Part shown: positions 31,545-41,358 of the stretch, in pieces | How the letters are laid out: the number at the start of each line of letters is the position of its first letter | Numbering within the stretch: position 1 is the stretch's first letter | Assembly (NCBI GenBank): GCA_050331235.1 | Contig: JBHJHA010000011.1 | Location: 64,001-128,000, forward strand | Length of the DNA: 64,000 nucleotides | Direction: 5' to 3' | Source: Leptolyngbyaceae cyanobacterium | GTDB taxonomy: Bacteria > Cyanobacteriota > Cyanobacteriia > Phormidesmidales > Phormidesmidaceae | Position numbers and translations under genes: made by a program | The notes under the pieces: generated by a model | Seen by the model: only the letters and a program-made list of their open reading frames with translations | Database searches by the model: none | What the model was told of the DNA's origin: nothing

Positions 31545-32093
31545 ATGCCGATTCGTCCGTTTTCTTCCTTTCGTCATCGCAATGCGTTCCTCTTCCTGGT
31601 GGGGCTTTTGCTTCCAGGAGTGGGTGCTTGCTATGAGCAATCTTTATCTTGGGATGCCCTGAAGAGTGAAATTCGGCGGGAGTTTCCGACGGTTGAGCAT
31701 ATTTCGGTGGCGGAGCTAGAGCAGCGCCTAATCGACACAACTAGCGACCAGATGCTGATTGTCGACGTGCGTAGACCGGAGGAATTTGCTGTGAGCCACT
31801 TACAAAACGCCGTTAATTTGGAGGATCCAGCGGCAATTGTGGCGCTAGCGGAGCAGACCCAAGCCGACCAAATCGTGGTTTATTGCTCGGTGGGCTATCG
31901 CTCCGCCAGAGTGGCTGCAGAGCTGGAAAATCAAGGGTTAGATGCAGTGGTCAACCTTGAAGGCTCGATCTTTGCGTGGGCTAACTCACAGCGCCCGGTC
32001 TTCCAAGCGAGCAAACCAGTGGGCAAAGTTCATCCCTTTGATCAAACGTGGGGGCAACTGCTGGATCGGCAATATCACCCCGAGGAGCAGTGA
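31545..32093 (+). CDS. Rhodanese-domain protein, probable lipoprotein
   Basis: Hydrophobic N-terminus ending VGAC, DVRRPEEFAVSHL, active loop YCSVGYRS, NLEGSIFAW. Confidence 0.8.
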   Translation: MPIRPFSSFRHRNAFLFLVGLLLPGVGACYEQSLSWDALKSEIRREFPTVEHISVAELEQRLIDTTSDQMLIVDVRRPEEFAVSHLQNAVNLEDPAAIVALAEQTQADQIVVYCSVGYRSARVAAELENQGLDAVVNLEGSIFAWANSQRPVFQASKPVGKVHPFDQTWGQLLDRQYHPEEQ

Positions 32094-32175
32094 GTGGGCT
32101 GTCGCATATCTGGTGTGATGGTTCACCGGCTGTGCCAGACTATTGACCAGGTGAGATTGCAGGTGGGCAAGGCGG

Positions 32176-33234
32176 ATGAACATGTACCGGTCAACTCGGA
32201 GACAGGCGATCGCGGGCTTGGGCTTGTTAGCTGGAGCATGGCCATTTGCCCAGGCGCTGTCGGCACGAGCAGCTGAGGCAGAGGTTATCAAGCCGCCACG
32301 GTTGCGTCCAGGAGACGAGGTTGGCATCATCAGTCCGGCGGGGGCCACCTTTAATACCAGTGACTTAGATATTGTGATGGATGCCGTGCGCGGACTGGGC
32401 TTAGTGCCCCGTCCAGCTCCCCATGTTTTGGCGCAATATGGGTATCTGGCCGGGCAGGATCGCGATCGCGCCGCTGATGTGAACGAGTTTTTTGCTGATT
32501 CAGAAATTGCTGCACTGCTGCCCATACGGGGAGATTGGGGCAGCGCTCGCATTTTGCCCTACCTCGACTATGACCTGATTCGCCGCAACCCAAAGGTCAT
32601 TACTGGCTTTAGTGATCTAACGGCGCTACTGCTAGGCATCACTGCCCAAACCGGATTAGTCACTTTTCACGGTCCGAATGGATTGACCGCTTGGCGACCG
32701 GACCAAACTGAGCCGTTTCGGCAAGTCTTGTTTGAGGGGCAGGCGCAAACCTTCGCAAATCCCCTGGCAGCGGAAGATCGCGATCGCCTGATGCAAACTC
32801 GCTTTCGCGTTCAAACCATCACTCCGGGGCAGGCCCGTGGCAAACTCTACGGTGGCAATCTATCGGTCATCGCGGGCATTGTTGGCTCCCCTTACTTTCC
32901 GGACATGACTGGCCACATCCTGTTTCTCGAAGATGTGGGTGAATCAATCTACCGGATTGACCGGATGTTGACGCAGCTAAAGCTGGCGGGCGTTTTGGAT
33001 CAGTTGGCAGGATTTATCTTTGGTCAGTGCACCAACTGCGGGCCTTCAGGCGGCTATGGTGGGTTGACGCTTGAGCAGGTGCTGGCCGATCACATTGCGC
33101 CCTTGGGCATTCCAGCTTGGTCAAATGCCGCCATCGGTCATGTGGAACCGATCCTCACGCTGCCCCTGGGCACGGAGGTCACGATAGATGCAACGACGGG
33201 TCGCATGACTATGACTGAGCCGGCCGTCGCATAG
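32176..33234 (+). CDS. LD-carboxypeptidase (peptidase S66) with Tat-type signal
   Basis: TRRQAI twin-arginine signal; GFSDLT (Ser), FLEDVGE (Glu) and IGH (His) triad; GGNLS. Confidence 0.9.
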   Translation: MNMYRSTRRQAIAGLGLLAGAWPFAQALSARAAEAEVIKPPRLRPGDEVGIISPAGATFNTSDLDIVMDAVRGLGLVPRPAPHVLAQYGYLAGQDRDRAADVNEFFADSEIAALLPIRGDWGSARILPYLDYDLIRRNPKVITGFSDLTALLLGITAQTGLVTFHGPNGLTAWRPDQTEPFRQVLFEGQAQTFANPLAAEDRDRLMQTRFRVQTITPGQARGKLYGGNLSVIAGIVGSPYFPDMTGHILFLEDVGESIYRIDRMLTQLKLAGVLDQLAGFIFGQCTNCGPSGGYGGLTLEQVLADHIAPLGIPAWSNAAIGHVEPILTLPLGTEVTIDATTGRMTMTEPAVA

Positions 33235-33270
33235 AGATTTTTCAGCTATTAGAGAACCAAGAGCCTTGCG

Positions 33271-33837
33271 CTAGCGACGAATCAAAATCACTTCGATTTC
33301 CAGGTCGTCGTAGTCATCTAGCTCGGTAATGTCTTCGAAGCTGATTTCGTAGCGATCGCCGTTGGTATAAATCGACTTTTGCACCCGAACCGCCCGCGCA
33401 TTGCGAAAGTCGAGCACTTCGTCCAAACGGTTATCGCCTTCAAAGTAATAGGTGAAAAAGCCGTTTTCAGCGCCCAAAGAGAACCACTGCGACGGGTCAT
33501 TATTTTCCACCTCGTAAACAACGGTGGAATCAGGGGGGAGCATATAGGGCGATCGTGGCGGGGCCTGCTCTTTATAAACCCGTAGTCGCTGTTGGTAATC
33601 AGCTTCCCCCGAAAGCACGCGGAACCAAACCTCATGGCGCTGATCAGCATCAGCATTCCATAGGGCATAGGCTGTGGCATCGGGCTGGGAAATATCGAAA
33701 CTGTGCACTAATTGTTGGAGAGGAGGAGGGGTGCTGCTAGTTTGCGCCTGTAGCGATCGGGACGATACGGCGATCGTCATGAGCACCGTAGCAAGAAACA
33801 GTGAGCCGATTTTATGGGACCAGAAGCGCTTGTCCAT
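33271..33837 (-). CDS. Secreted hypothetical protein with acidic C-terminal FED...DYDDL motif
   Basis: Signal peptide (LQA-Q), SD AGGAG, beta-rich sequence. Confidence 0.7.
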   Translation of the reverse strand: MDKRFWSHKIGSLFLATVLMTIAVSSRSLQAQTSSTPPPLQQLVHSFDISQPDATAYALWNADADQRHEVWFRVLSGEADYQQRLRVYKEQAPPRSPYMLPPDSTVVYEVENNDPSQWFSLGAENGFFTYYFEGDNRLDEVLDFRNARAVRVQKSIYTNGDRYEISFEDITELDDYDDLEIEVILIRR

Positions 33838-33965
33838 CTCCTAAACTCCTCATATAAGCGTTGCTGACATCAAAGATAGCTCGCCCATAAAGTTTTGAGC
33901 CATCTCGCTGATCAACCAAGCGTCGCTATCCCACAGCAGCGCCAGATTTTCTCTTCATTTTGCCC

Positions 33966-34466
33966 ATGTCCCTCTCCCACGACATCCCCCTTTGGATACT
34001 CATTGGGCTACCTGGTAGCGGTAAGTCCACTTGGGCCCAGGCCATGCAACAAAGCAGTCCATCATTGAAATATATTTCAACCGATCGCATTCGCAGGGAG
34101 CTGTTTGGCGATGAGGCCATCCAAGGGCCGTGGCGGCAAGTCTGGCACCAAGTCCTACAGGAATTTCAACTGGGTGTTCAACAGGCATCCTCGGCGGGCG
34201 GTGTCGGTGCAATCTATGACGCGACCAATGCTCGTCGCCGGGGGCGACGCCAAGTGATAGCCGCCGCTCGCATCGTTGGGTTCACCCGACTCCTAGCTGT
34301 CTGGTTAGACCTGCCGCTAGAGATCTGTCTACAGCGGAATTACCAGCGATCGCGGCAGGTTCCCCCTGAAGTCATCCACGGAATGGCGCGTCAACTCACG
34401 GGAGCACCGCCCCACTGGCAAGAGGGGTTTGACGCCGTGTATCGCACATTGTTGCCGACAAAATAG
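33966..34466 (+). CDS. P-loop kinase (AAA_33 / polynucleotide-kinase-like)
   Basis: GLPGSGKST, STDRIR, YDATN, RNYQRSRQVP. Confidence 0.8.
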   Translation: MSLSHDIPLWILIGLPGSGKSTWAQAMQQSSPSLKYISTDRIRRELFGDEAIQGPWRQVWHQVLQEFQLGVQQASSAGGVGAIYDATNARRRGRRQVIAAARIVGFTRLLAVWLDLPLEICLQRNYQRSRQVPPEVIHGMARQLTGAPPHWQEGFDAVYRTLLPTK

Positions 34467-34507
34467 CGACCTAACCTGGCGTACAAGACTCAGGCTATGT
34501 CGAAGTG

Positions 34508-35434
34508 CTAAAGACTGTTGACCACCGCTTTCATCGCTTGGTCAACCTGGGGATACTGATACTCAAAGCCCTCGGCCTGAAGATGTTGGGGAATGACCCG
34601 CTGCCCCTCCAAGACTACGATGGCACCATCTCCCAACAGAGCCTCAATAACAAATTCCGGCACAGGTAGCCAAGACGGTCGATGGAGGGCTTGCCCCAAG
34701 GCTTCACAAGCTTGCCCCATGCGTACCGGATTAGGAGCCGTTGCATTATAGACTCCCTGCATAGAATCATCTGTAAGGGCACGAAGCAAAATCGCCACCA
34801 GATCATCTTGATGAATCCAGGAAAACCACTGACGACCAGTACCAATAGGTCCACCCGCAAATAGCTGAAATGGGGTCAGCATCTTTTCCAGAGCGCCGCC
34901 GTCTCCCAACACAATGCCAATGCGCGGGATGACCAAACGCACGCCCAAATCCTTGACTTTTTGAGCTTCTGCCTCCCAAGCACGACAAACTTGGGAAAGA
35001 AAATCGTCATCCACAGGGGCGCTAGTTTCGTCAAAGGTCGCCGTCTCACTGGTGCCGTAATAGCCGATCGCGGAAGCACTAACCAGCACCTGTGGTCTTG
35101 ACTCCGCTTGGGCGATCGCTTCTACCAATTTGGCCGTACCGACCTGTCGGCTATCGATCATGGCTCGCTTATGGGCTGGGGTCCAGCGCTCTGAAATGGG
35201 AGCCCCGGCCAGATTAACCACCCCATCACAGCCTGAGATAGCCGCCTGCCAAGCCCCTGAAGTTTGTGGGGTGTATGCCACCAGCGTTACCTGTGGATAG
35301 GTCGACTCAGGAAAAAGCCGCCGAGCTTTAGCCAGGTTGCGGGTCAACACGAGAACCTCATGGCCTGCCTGCTGTAGCTTTTCGACTAACCGGCTACCGA
35401 CAAAGCCTGTGCCCCCGGTGACTGCTACCTTCAT
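34508..35434 (-). CDS. TIGR01777-family NAD(P)-binding epimerase-like protein
   Basis: TGGTGFVG, VNLAGAPI, SASAIGYYG, GGPIGTGRQWFSWIH, VLEGQRVIP. Confidence 0.9.
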   Translation of the reverse strand: MKVAVTGGTGFVGSRLVEKLQQAGHEVLVLTRNLAKARRLFPESTYPQVTLVAYTPQTSGAWQAAISGCDGVVNLAGAPISERWTPAHKRAMIDSRQVGTAKLVEAIAQAESRPQVLVSASAIGYYGTSETATFDETSAPVDDDFLSQVCRAWEAEAQKVKDLGVRLVIPRIGIVLGDGGALEKMLTPFQLFAGGPIGTGRQWFSWIHQDDLVAILLRALTDDSMQGVYNATAPNPVRMGQACEALGQALHRPSWLPVPEFVIEALLGDGAIVVLEGQRVIPQHLQAEGFEYQYPQVDQAMKAVVNSL

Positions 35435-35538
35435 TGACCCCCGACTCCTTAATGGTGAACTGTCTTTAACCTACCAAATCGCGACCGAGGGGTGGGCATT
35501 CGCCGCTGTACTCAGTCACCGCAGGAGTTCGCTTGGTC

Positions 35539-35910
35539 CTAGCCGGGTTCCCCATAAGCCATGCCATTGGCCTCAGCATAGCGATGCATAAACCGCATAA
35601 AGCGCTCCCAATAGTCCTCGCGATCAATGGTAAGGGTGCATTCCACATGCTTGAGGTCGTCCCCCTCGGGCCCCGAAAAGATGAATTTCACCCCAGACGG
35701 TTCAATCGTAATGACCCCTTCACTATCGGTCAGCTTCAGAGCTTTAGAAAATCGACTGCGAAAACTTTGAAACTCTTCGATCGCCTGGAGCCGCTCAAAC
35801 ACCAGCAAAACCGTACGAGCGCCAGTCGCCTGGTCCCGACGCAGGCTGACATTGCTGATCTCTTCAGGAATGCCGTCATAAAATTCGACGGTGGGAGTGG
35901 CGTCTGACAT
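35539..35910 (-). CDS. psb28: Photosystem II assembly factor Psb28 (Psb28-2 type)
   Basis: VSLRR...L.D.EG.I...WERFMRFMHRYAEANGMAY; start set at MSDATP. Confidence 0.9.
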   Translation of the reverse strand: MSDATPTVEFYDGIPEEISNVSLRRDQATGARTVLLVFERLQAIEEFQSFRSRFSKALKLTDSEGVITIEPSGVKFIFSGPEGDDLKHVECTLTIDREDYWERFMRFMHRYAEANGMAYGEPG

Positions 35911-35953
35911 AATCGCTTGCTTCAACTCAGAGTTTCAGTATACCGACTGGGAG

Positions 35954-36634
35954 CTACTGCCCCAGTCGATAGCCCTTGCCATACACAGTGTGAATCAATG
36001 GTGGCGTGCCCTTGGGCTCAATCTTGCGTCGTAACAGTCGCATCTGAGCCGCCAAAACATTGCTAGCCGGTTGCTCAGTGTCTGCCCAAACTGCCTGGTG
36101 AATTTGTTCGCGTGTCAAGACTTGCTCAGGATGACGTAAAAAGAAACCTAGGAGCTGGGTTTCTTTTTCTGACAGCTCGACCGTTTGCCCCCGGCGATGG
36201 GCTAGTTGATTGGCCTCATCTAGCTCTAAATCTTCGTACTGCAGCTTGGGCGATCGCGGCGGCGTTTCCAGAATTGGTGGACGCCGCAGTAAGGCCCGCA
36301 CCCGGGCGAGCAACTCCCGCAGCTCAAAGGGCTTAACGAGGTAATCATCCGCTCCGGCATCCAACCCGTCCACGCGATCGTCAAGGGTATCTTTAGCCGT
36401 CAGAAACAATACGGGTGTAGCATCACCCCGCGATCTCACCTGTTGACAGATTTCAAGGCCGCTACAGTGGGGCAGCATCCAATCCAAAATCAGCAAATCA
36501 TAGTTTGTTGACGTCGCGAGTCGGACCCCTGATTGACCATCAAAGGCCACATCAACCTCGTACCCCGCCTTAAGCAACACTCGACTCAGTGGGGTAGTCA
36601 GTTCGGCTTCGTCATCGACCAGCAAAATCTTCAT
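35954..36634 (-). CDS. OmpR-family response regulator (RppA-like), no adjacent kinase
   Basis: LLVDDE, LDWMLP, FLTAKD, DYLVKPF, SNVLAAQMRLLRRKIE, TVYGKGYR. Confidence 0.9.
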   Translation of the reverse strand: MKILLVDDEAELTTPLSRVLLKAGYEVDVAFDGQSGVRLATSTNYDLLILDWMLPHCSGLEICQQVRSRGDATPVLFLTAKDTLDDRVDGLDAGADDYLVKPFELRELLARVRALLRRPPILETPPRSPKLQYEDLELDEANQLAHRRGQTVELSEKETQLLGFFLRHPEQVLTREQIHQAVWADTEQPASNVLAAQMRLLRRKIEPKGTPPLIHTVYGKGYRLGQ

Positions 36635-36743
36635 GGACAGATTAGCTTTGCCTGAACGCGTTCATTCCAGCATACGGTGACGCTGAGAGCCTGACGCGCC
36701 CAAACAGCGGCAGCACACTGCCCTACCCCAACCAGACAGTTCC

Positions 36744-37241
36744 TCAGACAGTCATCTCTTCGAAGCGATAAATGACTGCACCAGACTCGGGATGATTGTC
36801 AACCCCAACATAACCAGACCGGGCCATCTCCTTCAGCAGGGTTTCAACCTCTTCAAAGCCTAAGCCGGTTTCGAGCACTGCTGCCGTCACTGATAAATAG
36901 CCGCCCGATTGCTTGGCTGCCCGTGTCAGCTTCACCATCTTTTCTTCGCGGGTGAGCGGACGATGGGGCTGAGCAGTGGTCAAGGGTTGGTTGAGCAAAT
37001 CGTAAATATTGTCGCCGTAGTGCGATCTCAGACGCCGCAGCTCATGGTCTTCCGTCATACCAGGCACTAAGAAAACGTCGATGAACTGGCCGAAGCCAAA
37101 CAAACCCAACGTAAAGAACCAAATCAGCCCGCTAGTGATTTTGCCGTTGTAGAGCCGATGTAATCCTGAAAATCCGAAAAAACCACCTAACCAAAGCAAA
37201 TAAGACAGGGTCAGCCGCTGACGGCTTGCAGACGACGCCAT
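36744..37241 (-). CDS. TM2/NINE-domain membrane protein
   Basis: YLLW...GLHRLYNGK..SGLIWFFTLGLFGFGQFID, C-terminal wHTH-like part; start set at MASSAS. Confidence 0.85.
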   Translation of the reverse strand: MASSASRQRLTLSYLLWLGGFFGFSGLHRLYNGKITSGLIWFFTLGLFGFGQFIDVFLVPGMTEDHELRRLRSHYGDNIYDLLNQPLTTAQPHRPLTREEKMVKLTRAAKQSGGYLSVTAAVLETGLGFEEVETLLKEMARSGYVGVDNHPESGAVIYRFEEMTV

Positions 37242-37364
37242 TGCAATATTCCTTCCAAGATTGAGCAACTTGTCGATCTTAGTCAACGCCTCAGTCACAG
37301 GACGGCGTACTTCCCCCAAGCCGGGAGTAGGGATCTTGCGCCATTGCGCACAACGCAAACAATC

Positions 37365-37382
37365 GTTACATTATTTAACAAC
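37365..37382 (+). promoter_or_regulatory. HLR1-like (RpaB) tandem repeat GTTACATT-AT-TTAACAAC
   Basis: Matches (G/T)TTACA(T/A)(T/A)-N2-(G/T)TTACA(T/A)(T/A) with two mismatches, in a divergent promoter region. Confidence 0.4.
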
Positions 37383-37457
37383 AGGTCAGGCTTTTGAGGC
37401 TTGACAAACTTAGAGCTGGTTCTGCCGCTCTAGCCTCTTCATCAACGAGTGTTTCCA

Positions 37458-38003
37458 ATGCAGATTGTGCAGCTCTTAAAAAGTTACTCAGGCGGCCGGC
37501 GCGACTTTAGCGGCGTTGACTTCCGAGAGGCTTGGATGCCTGGATTGCAGCTAAATCAGGCGATCCTATGCGGTGCTGATTTGACCGGCAGTAACCTCAG
37601 CCATGGTATGCTGCAAGAGGTTGACTGCTCTCGGGCCATGCTCTGGCGGGCAAATTTCACCCATGCCAAGCTGACGCGATCATCTTTTCAGGGGGCCACG
37701 CTGATTCGCTGCCAGTTAACCAACAGCGATTTGCGCAGCAGCTCTTTAGTAGATGCTGACCTACGGCTTGCTGACCTGAGTGAAGCCAATCTGACACATA
37801 CCGATGTGCGCCATGCTCGGCTGTGCTACGCCAACTTGACAGGGGCCAACCTCCAGGGCATCGATTTCAGAACGGCTGATCTCACTGGTGCTGCGATCGC
37901 CCATGCCAACCTGAGCAATTGCCGATTTAGCCGTGAGCAAATAGAGGCGTTGGGATTGTCTCCACAGCGATCGATCCTTGCCGACTCTCGAATGGCGGTT
38001 TAG
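37458..38003 (+). CDS. Pentapeptide repeat protein
   Basis: YSGGRRDFSG N-terminus and many A(D/N)Lxx repeats. Confidence 0.9.
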   Translation: MQIVQLLKSYSGGRRDFSGVDFREAWMPGLQLNQAILCGADLTGSNLSHGMLQEVDCSRAMLWRANFTHAKLTRSSFQGATLIRCQLTNSDLRSSSLVDADLRLADLSEANLTHTDVRHARLCYANLTGANLQGIDFRTADLTGAAIAHANLSNCRFSREQIEALGLSPQRSILADSRMAV

Positions 38004-38016
38004 TACTGCTCATCGC

Positions 38017-38265
38017 TCAAAGCAACATATCGCTGCGCCACAACTGGGCGCGGCACAACAGCGCACTAAATTGTGAAATGAGTCGTTTATGCTCTGGGGT
38101 CGGTGATTGGGCAAACAGCTCAAATTTCACGATGACCTTCGCCAGAATCTGCGCTTCCCGTTTAGGCACGCCTTCTCTCACTAGCTTTTGCCAATAGATA
38201 ATACTCAGACTGCGAAAATCGTTGGCAATGTCAATCGCGGGGGCAGTTACCGTCATTGCGCTCAT
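38017..38265 (-). CDS. Hypothetical protein (82 aa)
   Basis: Clean ORF filling the gap, plausible composition; no recognisable motif. Confidence 0.55.
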   Translation of the reverse strand: MSAMTVTAPAIDIANDFRSLSIIYWQKLVREGVPKREAQILAKVIVKFELFAQSPTPEHKRLISQFSALLCRAQLWRSDMLL

Positions 38266-38438
38266 GTTTGAAGGGGACTCATCTAAACTTCACACAATTA
38301 ATTCTTCACGAAGTGACCGGTCTTTTCCGTGATTACACGGGAGACTTTTCGTGACGTTGACAGTTTCCAAGCGTGACTAAAAAAAGTAGCTGCGGTGACA
38401 AACCTCAGCCGAAGACTCTGTACGGCGTCATGCTTCCG

Positions 38439-38454
38439 TGTGATCGCCATCACT
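38439..38454. promoter_or_regulatory. CRP-type site TGTGA-TCGCCA-TCACT
   Basis: 9/10 match to TGTGA-N6-TCACA, upstream of the 82-aa gene. Confidence 0.5.
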
Positions 38455-38464
38455 CATCAAGGAT

Positions 38465-38956
38465 TTAACCCCGCGGTCGAAACGGCACAACCCGCCGCCG
38501 AAAGCTTTCAAAATCAATGACTTTGGAGCACTGAGCAGTATCCCAAACCTCATGGGTTAGCTCCCGTAGAGATGGTAAGGTCATCAACTGTAGCTGACCC
38601 ACATGGCAATCAGCTTTGGCAGCGACCCGCACCACCTGGGGTTCAGTGTTTCCTCGGACTTGGACCCAGCTCACTTCGCCATTAGCGATAATTAAGTGCT
38701 TGTCATGCAAGGCGCGATCGCACCCCGTGCCTTCCAAAAACGCTAAAATTTTGCGAATTGTTTGTAGTGACACCTGACGTCGCAAATCTCGAATCGCCCG
38801 CAGCTCCAAGATTTGCTCCCAAGTGTAATGTACCTGAGGGGCAGCCGGTGGCCTGGTCGGCGATGGGACGACGACCCCCGTTTTTGCCAAATATGCTAGC
38901 CGGGCATGACTGGTACGCGTTAATATGACGGTCTCACGGCGGGTAAAATGCTGCAT
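38465..38956 (-). CDS. MerR-like HTH DNA-binding protein
   Basis: FTRRET..LT....RLAYL.KTGVVVP...YTWEQILELRAI..LR..VSLQTIRK pattern of a MerR wHTH. Confidence 0.7.
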   Translation of the reverse strand: MQHFTRRETVILTRTSHARLAYLAKTGVVVPSPTRPPAAPQVHYTWEQILELRAIRDLRRQVSLQTIRKILAFLEGTGCDRALHDKHLIIANGEVSWVQVRGNTEPQVVRVAAKADCHVGQLQLMTLPSLRELTHEVWDTAQCSKVIDFESFRRRVVPFRPRG

Positions 38957-39342
38957 CAGTGACCCTCACTGCAATAGATCGCCGCAATCACCCACGCCAA
39001 CCACCAGTAACCTAGCGACTGTCGCAAAAACCCAGTGGCCGATCTACGCCATAGGAAAGCAGGGGCGACTGCACTAACAGTCGAGCGATGAACCCTAGAA
39101 AAATCGGTAAAGCTTAATTCCACTGTACGATAGCCGCCGCCGAAACTCATAGATACAAATGCTCCATTAGCGCCATATATGGCGGCCTACATTTCGCCAA
39201 ACTCCGCATGTAGGGGTAGTTATCGGCAATCATAAAGAGATATAGCGATTTTTATCATCTTTGCAACTGTCTCAGGGTAGCGGCAGCAGCTTAGCCGACC
39301 TGTTGCTGTGACAAGATGAAAAGAAGACACCCATAGTAATTT

Positions 39343-40602
39343 ATGAACGGGCAGCGACAAGTCATTGTGATCGGTGGAGGGGCAGCCGGATTTTTTGGTG
39401 CGATCGCCTGTGCCGAAGCGGCCCCCCACGCCCAGGTCACCTTATTAGAAGCCGCTGCCACTCCGCTGGGCAAAGTCCGCATCTCGGGCGGGGGACGGTG
39501 CAATGTCACCCATCACTGTTTTGATCCGGCGCTGCTCGTTCAGCATTATCCACGGGGGGGGAAAGCTCTGAGGGGAGCGTTTAGCCGCTTCCAACCGCAG
39601 GATACCGTGGCTTGGTATCAGCGGCGGGGAGTGCGCCTCAAAACTGAAGCAGATGGGCGCATGTTTCCGACCACAGACGACTCTGCAACGATTGTGGACT
39701 GCCTAATGCGGGAAACTCGGCGCGTGGGCGTCACCGTCCGCACTAAAGCCGCTGTCAAGAGCATCCACAAAATCGCCCGGGGCTTTGCGGTGCAGCTGCG
39801 ATCAGGAGACTCTTTAGTCTGCGATCGCCTCCTACTGGCGACTGGTAACAATCCCCAGGGATATCGCCTAGCCGCCGACTTAGGCCACACAATCCTCAAG
39901 GGCGTGCCCTCCCTATTCACGTTTAATGTGGCAGATCGGGCGCTCCATCAACTAGCTGGGGTCGCCGTTGACCCCGTTGCGCTGAAACTGTCAGTGCCCT
40001 CAGTGAAGCATCCTCTGAGTCAAACAGGACCGCTGCTGGTGACCCACTGGGGATTGAGCGGTCCAGCGGTCCTTAAGCTCTCAGCCTGGGGGGCTCGACT
40101 GCTACACGAGAACCAATATCGAGCGACGTTGCAGGTCAACTGGCTGCCGGCCCTCACCAGCGAGCAGGTACGCGCCCAGCTCATGGCAGCAAAACAGGCC
40201 GTGCCCAAGCGGGCGATCGCCAATCATTGTCCCTTTGAGTTGCCCAAGCGGTTGTGGCGTTATTGGATCGAACAGGTCGATCTAGACACCACCACCTGGA
40301 GCAACTTACCGAAAAAAACCGCCAACCAGCTGGTAGAGGCCATGAACCGGGGAACCTTTGCCGTTCAGGGCAAAGGGATCTTTAAAGACGAATTTGTCAC
40401 CTGCGGGGGCGTCAAGCTCGCGGAGGTCGATTTCAAAACGATGGAAAGTCGCCGCTGCTCGGGGCTGCATTTTGCCGGTGAAGTGCTTGATATTGATGGC
40501 GTCACCGGCGGCTTCAACTTTCAAAGTGCATGGACCACAGGCTGGCTAGCCGGACAGGCGATCGCCGCCGCGCTGGCGGAAACGTCCCTGCCTTTAAAAT
40601 GA
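39343..40602 (+). CDS. HI0933/BaiN-family flavoprotein
   Basis: GGGAAG, KVRISGGGRCNVT, GRMFP, THWGLSGPAVL, GEVLDIDGVTGGFNFQSAW. Confidence 0.92.
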   Translation: MNGQRQVIVIGGGAAGFFGAIACAEAAPHAQVTLLEAAATPLGKVRISGGGRCNVTHHCFDPALLVQHYPRGGKALRGAFSRFQPQDTVAWYQRRGVRLKTEADGRMFPTTDDSATIVDCLMRETRRVGVTVRTKAAVKSIHKIARGFAVQLRSGDSLVCDRLLLATGNNPQGYRLAADLGHTILKGVPSLFTFNVADRALHQLAGVAVDPVALKLSVPSVKHPLSQTGPLLVTHWGLSGPAVLKLSAWGARLLHENQYRATLQVNWLPALTSEQVRAQLMAAKQAVPKRAIANHCPFELPKRLWRYWIEQVDLDTTTWSNLPKKTANQLVEAMNRGTFAVQGKGIFKDEFVTCGGVKLAEVDFKTMESRRCSGLHFAGEVLDIDGVTGGFNFQSAWTTGWLAGQAIAAALAETSLPLK

Positions 40603-40603
40603 A

Positions 40604-40645
40604 AAGTCGAGCTGCCCTTTTCCGAAGAAGAGTTCAGCTCGACTT
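40604..40645 (+). terminator. Stem-loop after the HI0933 gene
   Basis: AAGTCGAGCTG ... CAGCTCGACTT 11-bp inverted repeat immediately after the stop. Confidence 0.55.
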
Positions 40646-40993
40646 GTGCTCAAGGAGCACACGCGAGTCTACAGGATGTCTACATAGTCACTCAGGGGCT
40701 TTCCAGCAACAACGGGGAAAAGTTCAGTTAAATTCAGGTGTTGACCAGAAAAATTGGGGTGTTGCCGACGGCTAAACCAGCCAATCCCTTGTCCTGCAAT
40801 CAATTCAGCCATTTGAGGTGATGCGATCTAGTGCCTGGCAAACAGCCTCGGCAGCACTGCAGTCCCCCTTGCCACCGTCCCCCCGCAGCCAGAGCCCTAG
40901 AGACCTGCTTAGGAAGGATATCTACATAACATCTCAGGCTGGCTCGACCTCGTAAGCTCTACTCATGTCATTGACTGGAAACTAGGAGAGGCC

Positions 40994-41149
40994 ATGTTTT
41001 TTAGCTGCTTTTTTCCCGATGAGGAGACTCGCAACAAGTACCGCGCTCACAAAATCAGCATGCTGAAGGCGATGCGTGACTCCTTGGAAGCACGATTGGC
41101 CGCTTTGAACGCCGCGATCGAGACGTTAGAGCGGCAACAAGGAATATAG
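40994..41149 (+). CDS. atpT: Small protein (51 aa), probable ATP synthase inhibitor AtpTheta (Norf1)
   Basis: Not in ORF track. SD AGGAGAGG then MFFSCFFPDEETRNKYRAHKISMLKAMRDSLEARLAALNAAIETLERQQGI; family assigned from my memory of the RDxLExRLAxLNAAI pattern. Confidence 0.6.
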   Translation: MFFSCFFPDEETRNKYRAHKISMLKAMRDSLEARLAALNAAIETLERQQGI

Positions 41150-41358
41150 CAGCGCTGGTATGAGAACGCGGAGCGGTTGGCCAGATTAATGGTCCATGAT
41201 CGCCAGTCCCCAAAATTGTCCATGACTCGGCTAGACGACTCTATTGCACCGGTGCTCGCGATCGCCCCATGCAATTCTAGGCTTCGACTCAGCAGTTTCT
41301 CATCTCAGTGCGAAAGGCTAAGAGCATGGAATATTTATCCGCGATGGATGAGGAAGCT

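Noticed and set aside
38956..39150. 64-aa ORF overlapping the MerR-like start (TGATG)
   Set aside because: No recognisable motif or clear SD; likely promoter or UTR sequence, though not excluded
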